From: Gemmatimonadota bacterium
GTDB taxonomy: Bacteria > Gemmatimonadota > Gemmatimonadetes > Palauibacterales > Palauibacteraceae
Direction of reading: 5' to 3'
Length of the DNA: 64,000 nucleotides
Assembly: GCA_039588275.1 (NCBI GenBank)
Contig: JBDHAC010000001.1
Coordinates: 54,836-118,835, forward strand
Part shown: in pieces, positions 1-8,920 of the stretch
Position numbering within the stretch: the stretch's first letter is position 1
How the letters are laid out: every line of letters starts with the position of its first letter
Translations under genes and position numbers: made by a program
Notes under the pieces: generated by a model
What the model saw: only the letters and a program-made list of their open reading frames with translations
Databases searched by the model: none
Told to the model about the DNA's origin: nothing

Positions 1-1289
1 CGGTCGATCCCGAGGGCTGCCCGCTTCCCGTCGCCCAGCGCGTGCGCCACGGTGCGCTCGGAGTCCGTCACGTCGCCCCCCGCAAACACGACGGGCGTGT
101 TGGTCGCCCCGAGCTCGTCGACCACGATCTGCCATCGATCCTGGTGCACATCGGGGGGCAGGAAGCCCAGATCCGTGATCTCGCCGATCGCCGTCAGGAT
201 CGTGTCCGCGATGACGGTGAACTGGCCCTCCTCCGTGGGGACCGGTCGACGCCGGCCCGAATCGTCGGGCTCACCCAGGACCATCCGAATGCACTCGACC
301 CCGCGCAGGCGGCCATTCCCCTCCGCGACCGCGTTCGGCGCCGCCAGAAACTCGAAGTCGATGCCCTCTCGCTCCGCCTCGAGGATCTCCTCGTCGATCG
401 CGGGCATCTCAGCACGCGTGCGGCGATATAAAACCAGAACCTCGGCCCCCAGCCTGCGCGCCGTCCGGGCGCAGTCGATCGCCGTGTTCCCGCCCCCTAC
501 CACCACCACCCGGCCTCCGACGTCCGGCCGGCCCCCGGCGTTGACCTGCTTCAGGAAATGCAGACCCGAGCGGACGCCATCCGAGTCCTCGCCTTCCATT
601 CCCGTCGATCGGCCCTGGTGGGCCCCGGAGGCCACGAAGACCGCGTCGTACCGCGCCAGCTCCCCCCACGGCACGTCGGGGCCGACCCGCACCCCGCACC
701 GGATCTCGACACCTTCGGCTCGAATCCGCTCGATCTGGGCGTCGAGGATGTCTCGCGGGAGACGGTATTCGGGGATTCCGAGCCGGAGCATGCCACCCGC
801 TTCAGAGGCGGCCTCGTACACGGTCGCCCGGTATCCCAGCCGTGCCAGGTGATAGCCGCACGCCAGCCCGGCCGGCCCCGAGCCGACGATCCCGATGCTC
901 TCCGGTCGCAGCGCCGTGACGGGCGTCGGCATGTCCCGTTCGAGGATTCGATCGCCGAGCATCCGCTCGACCGCGTGGATCGACACCGGCTCGTCGAAGA
1001 AACGCCGATTGCAGTGGGTCTCGCACGGGTGGTCGCACACGCGGCCGGTGACGGCTGGCATGGGATTCTCGCGCAGCAAGAGATCCATAGCCTCGTCGTC
1101 ACGACCCTCCCGCAGGAGGTTCATGTACCCCTCGATGTCGATGCCCACCGGGCAGCCGGCGTTGCACGGCGCTACGCGGTCTTGATAGACGGGTCGGATG
1201 TACTTCCAGGAGCCGGTCCGATTGACGCGGGTGGTCGTGTTGCTGATCGCCACCGGCGGGATGCCGCCGTGCCTCCCCGCCTCAGCCAT
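1..1289 (-). CDS. GltD/SudA-like FAD/NAD(P)-binding Fe-S oxidoreductase (3' end outside window)
   Basis: Manual translation from ATG 1289: MAEAGRHGGIPPVAIS...APCNAGCPVGIDI...TGRVCDHPCETHCNR (Fe-S motifs), IVGSGPAG (FAD), GGMLRLGIPEYRLP, VVGGGNTAIDCAR, YRR, FAGGD. Start overlaps the stop of the upstream gamma-subunit gene. Absent from the ORF track because it runs off the edge. Confidence 0.88.
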   Translation of the reverse strand, partial: MAEAGRHGGIPPVAISNTTTRVNRTGSWKYIRPVYQDRVAPCNAGCPVGIDIEGYMNLLREGRDDEAMDLLLRENPMPAVTGRVCDHPCETHCNRRFFDEPVSIHAVERMLGDRILERDMPTPVTALRPESIGIVGSGPAGLACGYHLARLGYRATVYEAASEAGGMLRLGIPEYRLPRDILDAQIERIRAEGVEIRCGVRVGPDVPWGELARYDAVFVASGAHQGRSTGMEGEDSDGVRSGLHFLKQVNAGGRPDVGGRVVVVGGGNTAIDCARTARRLGAEVLVLYRRTRAEMPAIDEEILEAEREGIDFEFLAAPNAVAEGNGRLRGVECIRMVLGEPDDSGRRRPVPTEEGQFTVIADTILTAIGEITDLGFLPPDVHQDRWQIVVDELGATNTPVVFAGGDVTDSERTVAHALGDGKRAALGID

Positions 1290-1860
1290 GCACCACCTCA
1301 CGCTCGCTCGCGAACTGGACCCCCGCCGCGGCCTCGCGCGCGGCCTGGACGTTCTCGTCGATGTGGGTCGGCACCGCTTCGCGGATCGCGTCGCAGACCG
1401 TCTCCAGGCTCGCCAGCCCGAACGCCGTCGCGAACGCGCCGAGGATCGCCGTGTTGACGATCGGTTGGGTTCGCGAGCCGAGCCCGTGTCGGGTCGCGAT
1501 CGCGCTCGCGTCCACCGTCACCACGCGGAAGCGGTCGAGCAGCTCCGTGTACGCCTCGGGCCCCTGGTCGGAGTTGATGAGGATCATCCCGCCAGGCCTC
1601 AGACCGGCGGTCACGTCCACGGCACCGATCAGCGTGGGATCGAGGACGATCAGATCATCGGGCTCAGTGACCTCGCAGCGTAGCCGAACGGGCTGGTCGT
1701 CGAACCGGACGAAGGCGGTGACGGGCGCACCGCGCCGCTCCACCCCGAAGGCGGGAAAAGACTGGACGCAGTGGCCCTCACGAAACAGGGCTTCGGCCAG
1801 GAGCTTGGAGGCGATGACCGCCCCCTGACCTCCTCGCCCGTGAACGCGCAGCTCCTGCAT
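1282..1860 (-). CDS. Pyruvate/2-oxoacid:acceptor oxidoreductase gamma subunit
   Basis: MQELRVHGRGGQGAV, FPAFGVERRGAPV, PIVNTAILGAF motifs of the PorC/gamma family; start moved to ATG 1860. Confidence 0.92.
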   Translation of the reverse strand: MQELRVHGRGGQGAVIASKLLAEALFREGHCVQSFPAFGVERRGAPVTAFVRFDDQPVRLRCEVTEPDDLIVLDPTLIGAVDVTAGLRPGGMILINSDQGPEAYTELLDRFRVVTVDASAIATRHGLGSRTQPIVNTAILGAFATAFGLASLETVCDAIREAVPTHIDENVQAAREAAAGVQFASEREVVHG

Positions 1861-1942
1861 GACTGGCTCCCCGACAGGTCCCCGAGGAGGTATTCCAGCG
1901 GCACGGCCGCCGGGAGCTCCCACCGCGGACACACGAGCAGAC

Positions 1943-1959
1943 TGGGCACAGGATCTGCA
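1943..1959 (+). promoter_or_regulatory. Putative sigma-54 (-24/-12) promoter facing the small Cys-rich ORF and CoA-binding gene
   Basis: TGGGCACAGGATCTGCA: GG(1945-46)-N10-GC(1957-58) with GGCAC core. Confidence 0.4.
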
Positions 1960-1968
1960 CTTCCGAGG

Positions 1969-1985
1969 ATCAAGAAGGGTGCCAG
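1969..1985 (-). promoter_or_regulatory. Putative sigma-54 (-24/-12) promoter for the 2-oxoacid oxidoreductase operon
   Basis: Minus strand reads CTGGCACCCTTCTTGAT, i.e. TGGCAC-N5-TTGA, with a GA variant at -12. Confidence 0.45.
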
Positions 1986-2039
1986 TTTCCCGCCCCGAGC
2001 GGGGGCTGACCCGGGTTCAACTCCAGCGACTGGACCCCC

Positions 2040-2243
2040 ATGGATGCTCCACGCGTGGACCAGCCAGATCGCGCGTCGACACCGAAAGGATGGCAGGACA
2101 AGTGGCCCCCCTGCGCGGAAGCCCAAGCTGACGGGGTTCCCTGCGAGGAAGTAGACGGGGACTGCGAGGATTGCGACAAGGCATACCCCGAGATCGCCGA
2201 ACCGGGAGGGGCCTCGGAGCCCGATCCTCAGCCGGGACGCTAG
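2040..2243 (+). CDS. Small acidic Cys-rich protein, possible metal-binding (C-x9-C-x6-C-x2-C)
   Basis: 67 aa, WPPCAEAQADGVPCEEVDGDCEDCDKAY; acidic composition unlike the Arg/Pro-rich shadow ORFs; fills an intergenic gap. Confidence 0.5.
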   Translation: MDAPRVDQPDRASTPKGWQDKWPPCAEAQADGVPCEEVDGDCEDCDKAYPEIAEPGGASEPDPQPGR

Positions 2244-2379
2244 CGCTCCCGGGTCATCCTCGTCGGCCGCCATCCCGCCCCAACGGGGCGAAAGCGGGCC
2301 ACGAATGCCGGGTCAGTGTGTCACCCTATGGGGCAAGAAGTCCCGCTCCCACACGTTCCACGTCAAGAGGTCCCACACC

Positions 2380-2862
2380 ATGAAACCTCTGAAGCAGGCG
2401 GCCGAGGATTTCCTTTCCATCGACCGCATCGCCGTGGCCGGAGTGTCGCGCTCCTCGGCCCAGGCCGCGAACGGCATCTACCGGAAGCTCCGTGCGGAAG
2501 GCTATCACGTTTGTCCCATCAACCCGAACGCGGACGAGGTCGAGGGAGATCGGTGCTACCCGGATCTGGCCTCGGTGCCGGAGACGGTAGACGGGGTGAT
2601 CATCGCGACCCACCCTACCGTCACCCCCGAGCTCGTCCACGAATGCGTCCACCTGGGGATCCGGCACGTCTGGATGCACCGCTCGTTCGGTGACGGCAGC
2701 GTCTCCGAGGAGGGAATCCGGCTCTGCGAGGAGCACGGAATCGAGCTGATCGCGGGCGCTTGCCCCCTGATGTTCTGCCGGGGCGCGGATGTGGGACACC
2801 GGTGCATACGATGGGTGCTCGGAGTCACGGGCAAGCTGCCGACCCCGGAGCGGGGCAGCTAG
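2380..2862 (+). CDS. CoA-binding domain protein
   Basis: IAVAGVSR, V.PINPN, CYPDLASVP..VDGV, G.RHVWMH, GACPLMF; AAGAGG RBS before ATG 2380. Confidence 0.9.
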   Translation: MKPLKQAAEDFLSIDRIAVAGVSRSSAQAANGIYRKLRAEGYHVCPINPNADEVEGDRCYPDLASVPETVDGVIIATHPTVTPELVHECVHLGIRHVWMHRSFGDGSVSEEGIRLCEEHGIELIAGACPLMFCRGADVGHRCIRWVLGVTGKLPTPERGS

Positions 2863-2904
2863 CCACCGGCAAGCTGCCGATCCCGGAGCGGGGCGGCTAG
2901 CCAC
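2830..2904 (+). repeat. Tandem 37-bp duplication (period 38) of the CoA-binding gene 3' end including its stop codon
   Basis: GGCAAGCTGCCGACCCCGGAGCGGGGCAGCTAGCCAC (2830-2866) vs GGCAAGCTGCCGATCCCGGAGCGGGGCGGCTAGCCAC (2868-2904); 2 mismatches. Confidence 0.9.
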
Positions 2905-2932
2905 GAGCGTCACCAGTAGAGAGGGGCGAAAG

Positions 2933-3637
2933 ATAGGTTTCTGGGAGGATCCCGATCAGGTCGCGCGGTTCGCCGATCGCGAGCCGGATCGGAGACTCGT
3001 CGAGCTCCTGAACAGCCACTCGGACCCCGCCCGCGTACGCGTCCTCGACATCGGGTGTGCGGCGGGTCGCAACACGCTTCTCCTGGCCGCCGCCGGATTC
3101 GACCTTCACGCGGTCGATTCGTCGCGCGCGATGATCGAGCGAACCCGGGCGCGCGTCGCGGAGCTGCTCGGTCGCGACGAGGCGCAGCGGCGAATCCGTG
3201 TCGCACCGATGGACGACCTGGACTTCGAGAGCGGGTACTTCGACCTGGTCGTCGCGCTGGGCGTGTATCACAACGCCCGCTCTCCCGAGGAGTGGAACCG
3301 GGCGCTGTCCGAAACATCTCGCGTGCTCAAGCCGGGTGGGCGGCTCCTGGTGGCCAATTTCGCGAAACGCATCCGCCCCGAGGGAGCCCAGCTAGCCGAG
3401 GTGCCCGGTATGCCACACGTGTACGAGGGGTTACCCTCAGGTCGCGTGTACCTCCTCGATGCGGTGGGATTGGACGCGGCGATGGCCGGCCATGGGCTGG
3501 AGCCGGAGAGTCCCACCCGGACGGTGCAGGTCGTGAAGAACGGGGGGGTGCGCGTGACGATCAACGGGCTCTACCGAAAGAGCGCCCGGAGCAGCGCTCC
3601 ACGCGCGCCGGCGAACGTGGAACCACAGGACGGATAG
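2933..3637 (+). CDS. Class I SAM-dependent methyltransferase (start uncertain, probably ATA)
   Basis: VLDIGCAAGRN, FDLVVALGVYH, RVLKPGG. No ATG/GTG/TTG between the upstream gene and the conserved region; GAGGGG lies 6 nt before an in-frame ATA at 2933. Confidence 0.85.
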   Translation: MGFWEDPDQVARFADREPDRRLVELLNSHSDPARVRVLDIGCAAGRNTLLLAAAGFDLHAVDSSRAMIERTRARVAELLGRDEAQRRIRVAPMDDLDFESGYFDLVVALGVYHNARSPEEWNRALSETSRVLKPGGRLLVANFAKRIRPEGAQLAEVPGMPHVYEGLPSGRVYLLDAVGLDAAMAGHGLEPESPTRTVQVVKNGGVRVTINGLYRKSARSSAPRAPANVEPQDG

Positions 3638-4680
3638 TGACGACGAGCCACACGACACGTGCCATCCTCATCGATCGCCTCGGACCGCCCGAGATCCTGG
3701 CCGAACGCGAGGTTCCACTATCCGATCCCGGGCCCGGCGAGGTTCACCTCCGGGTCGAAGCGACGGGCGTCAACTTCGCCGATCTGATGATGCGGACCGG
3801 GCTTTACGGCACGGTTCCCCCGCGCCCCTTCAGCCCCGGGTTCGAGGTCGCGGGCGTCGTGGCGCGGACCGGCCCGGCCGTGGAGGCGTGGGGCGAAGGC
3901 GACCGCGCGGTCGCGCTGCTGCGCTATGGGGGTTACGCCCGAGACGTCGTGGTCCCCGAGCGACAGCTGTTCCCATACCCGGACGCCCTCACCCCGGTCG
4001 AGGCGGCCGCCGTGCCCGTCAACTTCCTCACCGCGTGGGTGTGTCTGTTCGAGACGGGGCACGCCCGCCGCGGCGACACAGCGCTCGTCCTCGGGGCCGG
4101 GGGCGGGGTCGGCACCGCGGCCGTGCAGCTGGGGACGCGACGCGGGCTCGGGGTGATCGGGACAGCGGGGCACCCGCGCAAGCGAGCGTTCGTCACGGAG
4201 GAGCTGGGTGCCGAGGCGTGCTTCGATTCGCTCGGGGACTGGGAGAAAGATGTGCGGGCGGCGGTGGGCGAGCGGGGCATCGACATCGCCCTCGACCCGG
4301 TGGGTGGCCCGGCGACCGCCGCCTGCCGCCGCCTGCTCGCGCCGCTCGGGAGGCTCGTGTTCTATGGGCTCAGCAACGCCCTGCCGCGACGCAAGAGAAG
4401 CTGGCCGCGGGCCCTGAGGGCCTTCCTCGGTACGCGGCGCTTTCACCCGGCCTCGCTGGCCGAGCCCAACGTGGGCGTGTTCGGCGTTCACCTCCTCCAC
4501 CTGGGGCGAAAGGAGGAACTGCTCGGTCCGGCGCTGGAGGAGATCTTTCGGGGCATCACTGCGGGCGAATGGCGACCGATCGTCGACCGCGTGTTCCCGC
4601 TGGATCAGGCGGGCGCCGCCGAGGCCCACTCTCACATCCACGCCCGCGGCAACCTGGGGAAGGTCCTGCTGGCGCCCTAA
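3637..4680 (+). CDS. Medium-chain dehydrogenase/reductase, NADPH:quinone oxidoreductase (VAT-1-like)
   Basis: GVNFADLMMRTGLY, PGFEVAG, LGAGGGVGTAAVQL, GKVLL; GTG overlaps the upstream TAG. Confidence 0.9.
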   Translation: MTTSHTTRAILIDRLGPPEILAEREVPLSDPGPGEVHLRVEATGVNFADLMMRTGLYGTVPPRPFSPGFEVAGVVARTGPAVEAWGEGDRAVALLRYGGYARDVVVPERQLFPYPDALTPVEAAAVPVNFLTAWVCLFETGHARRGDTALVLGAGGGVGTAAVQLGTRRGLGVIGTAGHPRKRAFVTEELGAEACFDSLGDWEKDVRAAVGERGIDIALDPVGGPATAACRRLLAPLGRLVFYGLSNALPRRKRSWPRALRAFLGTRRFHPASLAEPNVGVFGVHLLHLGRKEELLGPALEEIFRGITAGEWRPIVDRVFPLDQAGAAEAHSHIHARGNLGKVLLAP

Positions 4681-4822
4681 CCCACCGTGTCGAGAGGTCG
4701 ATTCGGCCTTGGCCGGGGCTTGTGCACGCCGCGCTCGATGTCGGCGCGCGCGAAGATGCCCGCCACAGGCCCACCCGGTGGTGCGAGGTGTTCGGGCATG
4801 GGTGATAATGTGGCCCGGCCCA

Positions 4823-4943
4823 TCTTCCGACGAGGACGCCGGGTCTTCCGACGATGTCGCCGGGTCTTCCGACGATGTCGCCGGGTCTTCCGACGATGTC
4901 GCCGGGTCTTCCGACGATGTCGCCGGGTCTTCCGACGATGTCG
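4823..4943 (+). repeat. 21-bp tandem repeat (TCTTCCGACGATGTCGCCGGG), about 5.8 copies
   Basis: Copies start at 4823 (variant), 4844, 4865, 4886, 4907 and 4928 (partial); no spacers. Confidence 0.95.
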
Positions 4944-4994
4944 AAGATCGTCCGGCCGGATCGAAACGGAGCGCATTCACTGAGCACCGGAGGA

Positions 4995-6212
4995 GTGACG
5001 CCCCGACCGGACAGCATCGAACCGGATGACCCGCGCCGACGGCGTATGGTAAGCGGCGTCGCCGTCGCCGCCGTCATCGCGGTGAGCCACGGTGCGATCG
5101 ACGCGTACGCGGCCTTCCTGCACCCGCTGCTCCCCAGGATCATGGACAAGCTGGGGCTGTCGATCACGCTGGCGGCCGCGCTCTCGATGAGCCTGTTCAT
5201 CGCCGTCTCGGTGCTGCAGCCGCCGCTGGGCTACCTGGCCGACCGGTACGGCCGCCGTCCATACACCGCCGCGGGTCCGATCCTGGCCGGCGTCTTCTTC
5301 TCCTTGATCGGGCTCGCCCCGACGTTCGTCGTGTTGGTCGTGTTCCTCGTGCTCGGTGGGCTCGGAGCCTCGACCTTCCACCCACCCGCCGCCTCGCTCG
5401 CTGCGCGCGCAGGCGAGGGGCGCGGGAGCGGCATGCGCTTCTCGGTCTTTTCGTTCGGGGGCGCGATCGGGTTCGCGATCGGTCCGCTGGCAGCGGTGTG
5501 GCTGGTGGCCCGGTTCGGCTTCGAGGGGTTGTGGGTGGCGATGGTGCCGGGCGTCCTTCTGGGCCTCGTGTTGTGGCGCATGCTCCCGGACGATCGAGAG
5601 ACACGGGCAGGGCCACCCCCTCCGCACCCCCTCCAGGTCCTCCGTGCATTGAAGGGTCCGCTCGGACTCCTGTTCGGGATCAGCGCCGCCGGAGCGTTCG
5701 TGCAGCGCGTGTTTCTCACATTGACACCGATCATCGGCGCCCAGGCCGGGCGGACGGAGGCGACCGGAGCGGTCGTCTTGAGCCTGTACCTGGGCGCTCA
5801 GGCGCTGGGGACGCTTGCCGGGGGCGCGCTCGCAGACCGCGTGGATCGCCGCCACATCCTCCTGGCGGCTACGTCGATCGGCGTGCCGCTGCACATCCTG
5901 GCCGTAATCGCTCCACCCGCGGGCCCGCTCGCGATCGCCGCGGCGTTGTGCGCCGGATTCCTGAACATGGGCATGCTTCCGGCGGTGGTCGTCATGGCGC
6001 AGGAGATCATGCCCGAGGGGACGGCGGTGAGCTCGGGAATCGTGATGGGTCTCGCCTGGGTCCCCGGCTCGCTCGGCGTACTGGGCGCCGGAGCCCTGGC
6101 CGATCAGATCGGTCCCGTCGGTGCCGCCGCGTGGTCGATGCCGATCCTGCTGGTCGGAACGCTCCTGGCGCTACACCCCGCGCTCAAAGCCTTCAGTCGC
6201 GCGGCACACTAG
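4995..6212 (+). CDS. MFS transporter (Fsr-like)
   Basis: About 12 hydrophobic segments; SHGAIDAY, GYLADRYGRR, FHPPAA, GGALADRVDRR. Start is GTG 4995 or ATG 5046; the ORF track extends through the repeat. Confidence 0.9.
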   Translation: MTPRPDSIEPDDPRRRRMVSGVAVAAVIAVSHGAIDAYAAFLHPLLPRIMDKLGLSITLAAALSMSLFIAVSVLQPPLGYLADRYGRRPYTAAGPILAGVFFSLIGLAPTFVVLVVFLVLGGLGASTFHPPAASLAARAGEGRGSGMRFSVFSFGGAIGFAIGPLAAVWLVARFGFEGLWVAMVPGVLLGLVLWRMLPDDRETRAGPPPPHPLQVLRALKGPLGLLFGISAAGAFVQRVFLTLTPIIGAQAGRTEATGAVVLSLYLGAQALGTLAGGALADRVDRRHILLAATSIGVPLHILAVIAPPAGPLAIAAALCAGFLNMGMLPAVVVMAQEIMPEGTAVSSGIVMGLAWVPGSLGVLGAGALADQIGPVGAAAWSMPILLVGTLLALHPALKAFSRAAH

Positions 6213-6218
6213 GTCGTC

Positions 6219-7304
6219 TCAGGCGCTGACGCCCGCCAAGCGCTCGAGCACCATGTCCCCCATCACATCGGTCGGGATGCCGCTCCGCGCGTCCGCGGAC
6301 GGCACGTCACCGCTCGCGAGCAGATCCGCGATCGCGGTTTCCACGCGTCCCGCGGCCGCGGTCTCACCCAAATAATCGAGCATCATCGCCACGGCGGAGA
6401 TGGCTCCCAGGGGGCATGCCACGTTCTTCCCCGCATACTTGGGGGCGGAGCCGTGGATCGGCTCGAACATCGAGGTCTGCCCGGGATGGATGTTGCCCGA
6501 AGCCGCGATCCCCATCCCACCCTGAAGCATGGCCCCCAGATCGGTGATGATGTCGCCGAACATGTTGGTGGTGACGATGACATCGAACCACTCCGGGTTC
6601 TTCACCATCCACATGCAGCACGCGTCGACGTACGCATGGTCGGTGTCCACGTCGGGGTACTCGCCGGCCACGTGGGCAAACGAGCGGGTCCACACGTCGT
6701 GCGGACGGACCGCGTTCGCCTTGTCGACCAGGGTGACGAGGGGCTTTTGACCGTCATCGCGAGCGGCCGCACGCTTGCGGGCGAGCTCGAACGCATACCG
6801 GGAGGCGCGCTCGCACCCCTTCCACGTGTAGATCCCATTCACGAGCGCGATCTCGTCCGGCGTGTCCTTTCGCAGGTGCCCGCCGATCTGCGAGTACAGC
6901 CCTTCCGTGTTCTCCCGCACCACGACGAAATCGACGTCGTCCGGCCCCTTTCCCTTGAGCGGGCACAGGTGCTCGGAATACAGCTTGATGGGTCTCAGGT
7001 TGATGTACAGATCGAGCCCGAACCGGAGACCCAGAATCACGGAGCGCTCGATCAATCCCGGCTCGACGTCCGGGTGCCCGATGGCCCCCAGCAGCACCGC
7101 ATCGAGCGTCGCCCACTCTTCGATCACCTCGTCGGGGACGAGCTCGCCCGTCGTCAGGTAGTGCTCGCTGCTGTACGGGTAGTCGACGAGCTCATAGCGG
7201 ACATCCTCGAGCCCGGCGACCTCCTCCAGCACCTTCAACCCTTCGGCCGTCACCTCCGGGCCGATTCCGTCCCCGCCCAGCACACCGATCTTGTATGTGG
7301 TCAT
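6219..7304 (-). CDS. leuB: 3-isopropylmalate dehydrogenase (isocitrate/isopropylmalate dehydrogenase family)
   Basis: GDGIGPEV, LYINLRP, VVRENTEG, NMFGDIITD, MFEPIHGSAP. No other leu genes nearby, so substrate is not certain. Confidence 0.8.
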   Translation of the reverse strand: MTTYKIGVLGGDGIGPEVTAEGLKVLEEVAGLEDVRYELVDYPYSSEHYLTTGELVPDEVIEEWATLDAVLLGAIGHPDVEPGLIERSVILGLRFGLDLYINLRPIKLYSEHLCPLKGKGPDDVDFVVVRENTEGLYSQIGGHLRKDTPDEIALVNGIYTWKGCERASRYAFELARKRAAARDDGQKPLVTLVDKANAVRPHDVWTRSFAHVAGEYPDVDTDHAYVDACCMWMVKNPEWFDVIVTTNMFGDIITDLGAMLQGGMGIAASGNIHPGQTSMFEPIHGSAPKYAGKNVACPLGAISAVAMMLDYLGETAAAGRVETAIADLLASGDVPSADARSGIPTDVMGDMVLERLAGVSA

Positions 7305-7498
7305 GGGTCTCTCTCCTCGTCTGGACACGGACAGTCTCGACGGCGAAGGTCGCGCAGTGCAATAGGCGACCCGGACCGGGTCGAAAGCGACTCCGGCTCG
7401 TACTCCTTCGTGGATCGTGGCCGATCTCGTTCGAAGGCGCTCGGAGGGTGTGTGGCGCGCGGTCGCGTTGCCCGCGACCGCGCGCTGCCACTCTGATC

Positions 7499-8920
7499 TC
7501 AGGGTCGGGTCGGCTCGACCTCGATCACCGTGCCGAACTGTGCCAGCTGATCGGCGATCACTGTTTTGTCACCCGTCACCACCAGCAGCATGTCCTCGCT
7601 GCGGAGATAATCCGCCGCGATTCTCTGCACTTCCTGCGGCGTGACGGAGTAGATCCGGCTCACGTACCCGGTGAGGAACTCCTCCGGGAGACCATGCAGG
7701 TTCAGGAACGAAAGCTGCGACACGATCCCCTGCCGGCTCGAGTTCTGGAGCACGAAGATCCCCGCCATGTAGTTCTGGATCCCGCCCAGCTCGTCGTCGT
7801 CGGGAGGCTCGGTCTGCAGCCGGTCGATCTCCTTGAAGATCTCCTCGAGCGCCGGACCCGTGACGTCGGTGGTAACGTCGGCGATCTGCACCCAGTACGC
7901 GTCGCGGTATCGGGTCGAGACCTGGCTGAACGGCGAGTACGTATAGCCCTTGTCCTCGCGAATGTTGCTGGTGATGCGCGAGCCGAACGCGCCGCCCAGG
8001 AGCGTGTTGGCCACCTGGAGCGACACGAAGTCCGCGTCCGAGGGATCGACCACCGGTAGACCGAGATACATTGTCGACTGCGGCGCACCTGGCCGGTTGA
8101 TGAGCACGATCTCGCGCCCGGTGCGTGGCTCCGCCCGCTTCTCATCCGCCGGTGTTCCGGCCGCCCAGTCGCCGAAGGCCTCGCGCACCGCGTCCTCGAT
8201 CGCGTCGGCGTCGAACCGCCCGCTCACGTACAGGTGCGAGCGAGCCGCCCCGTAGTTGGCGGCCCAGAAGTCCCGGACCTGCTCGATCGTGTAACTCTCG
8301 ATCATGGCCTGGGTGGGGTAGATCCGACCGTACGCGTGGTCGCCGTACATCCGCCGCCGGAACTCCGCCAGCGAGACGGATCGCGGGCGCTGTAGGCTGA
8401 CGGAGACCCGCCGGACCCGGTCGGTCTTGATCCGCTCCAGCTCCGACTCCGGCAGTGTGGAGTTCCGCGCCACATCCGCCACCAGCCGAACCAGATCGGG
8501 GCCGAAGTCGGAGAGGACGTCGCCACCGATCGTGGTCTGGTCGAGACCCACGCCGATGTTGAGCTCACCGCCCATCGCGGCCGCTTCTTGCGCGAGCTCC
8601 TCGGCGGTCCGCGTGGCCGTGCCCTCCTGCATCAAGTCACCCGTGATGTCGGCCAGCCACACCTCGTCAGCCGCCTCGTCGATGTTGCCGGAGCGGATGA
8701 TCAGCTGCATGTACACCTTGGGCGTGGCCCCATACGGGACCAGCGTGACCTGAAGGCCGTTGTCGAGCGAGTACGTGTCCCCCTGGGGGAGATTGAAGTC
8801 GCGCGGCTCGCCTCCGGGTGGCGGGGTCTGCTGCGCGACGCCGGGTCCGGCGATCCCCATCGCGACCAACAGGAGGAGGGACCCGCGGGTGGACCTCCCG
8901 CTCTTCGTGTGCGCTCTCAT
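7499..8920 (-). CDS. M16B peptidase, non-catalytic subunit, secreted
   Basis: Signal peptide; LDNGLQV, SRITSNIREDKGYTYS; lacks HxxEH; ATGA overlap with the partner gene. Confidence 0.9.
   Translation of the reverse strand: MRAHTKSGRSTRGSLLLLVAMGIAGPGVAQQTPPPGGEPRDFNLPQGDTYSLDNGLQVTLVPYGATPKVYMQLIIRSGNIDEAADEVWLADITGDLMQEGTATRTAEELAQEAAAMGGELNIGVGLDQTTIGGDVLSDFGPDLVRLVADVARNSTLPESELERIKTDRVRRVSVSLQRPRSVSLAEFRRRMYGDHAYGRIYPTQAMIESYTIEQVRDFWAANYGAARSHLYVSGRFDADAIEDAVREAFGDWAAGTPADEKRAEPRTGREIVLINRPGAPQSTMYLGLPVVDPSDADFVSLQVANTLLGGAFGSRITSNIREDKGYTYSPFSQVSTRYRDAYWVQIADVTTDVTGPALEEIFKEIDRLQTEPPDDDELGGIQNYMAGIFVLQNSSRQGIVSQLSFLNLHGLPEEFLTGYVSRIYSVTPQEVQRIAADYLRSEDMLLVVTGDKTVIADQLAQFGTVIEVEPTRP

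Noticed and set aside
2011..2040. tRNA-like T-loop (GGTTCAACTCC) followed by CCA
   Set aside because: The T-stem pairs for only 2 bp and no cloverleaf or acceptor stem can be built.
4823..4943. CRISPR array
   Set aside because: Head-to-tail units with no unique spacers and no cas genes; the same applies to 37684-37755.
4677..5029. Repeat-encoded peptides (RRHRRKT, SSDDVAG, RRCRRVF)
   Set aside because: All frames are open only because the 21-bp unit lacks stop codons; no independent coding evidence.
7499..8920. Degenerate M16 peptidase pseudogene
   Set aside because: Lack of HxxEH is normal for the second subunit of heterodimeric M16B enzymes.
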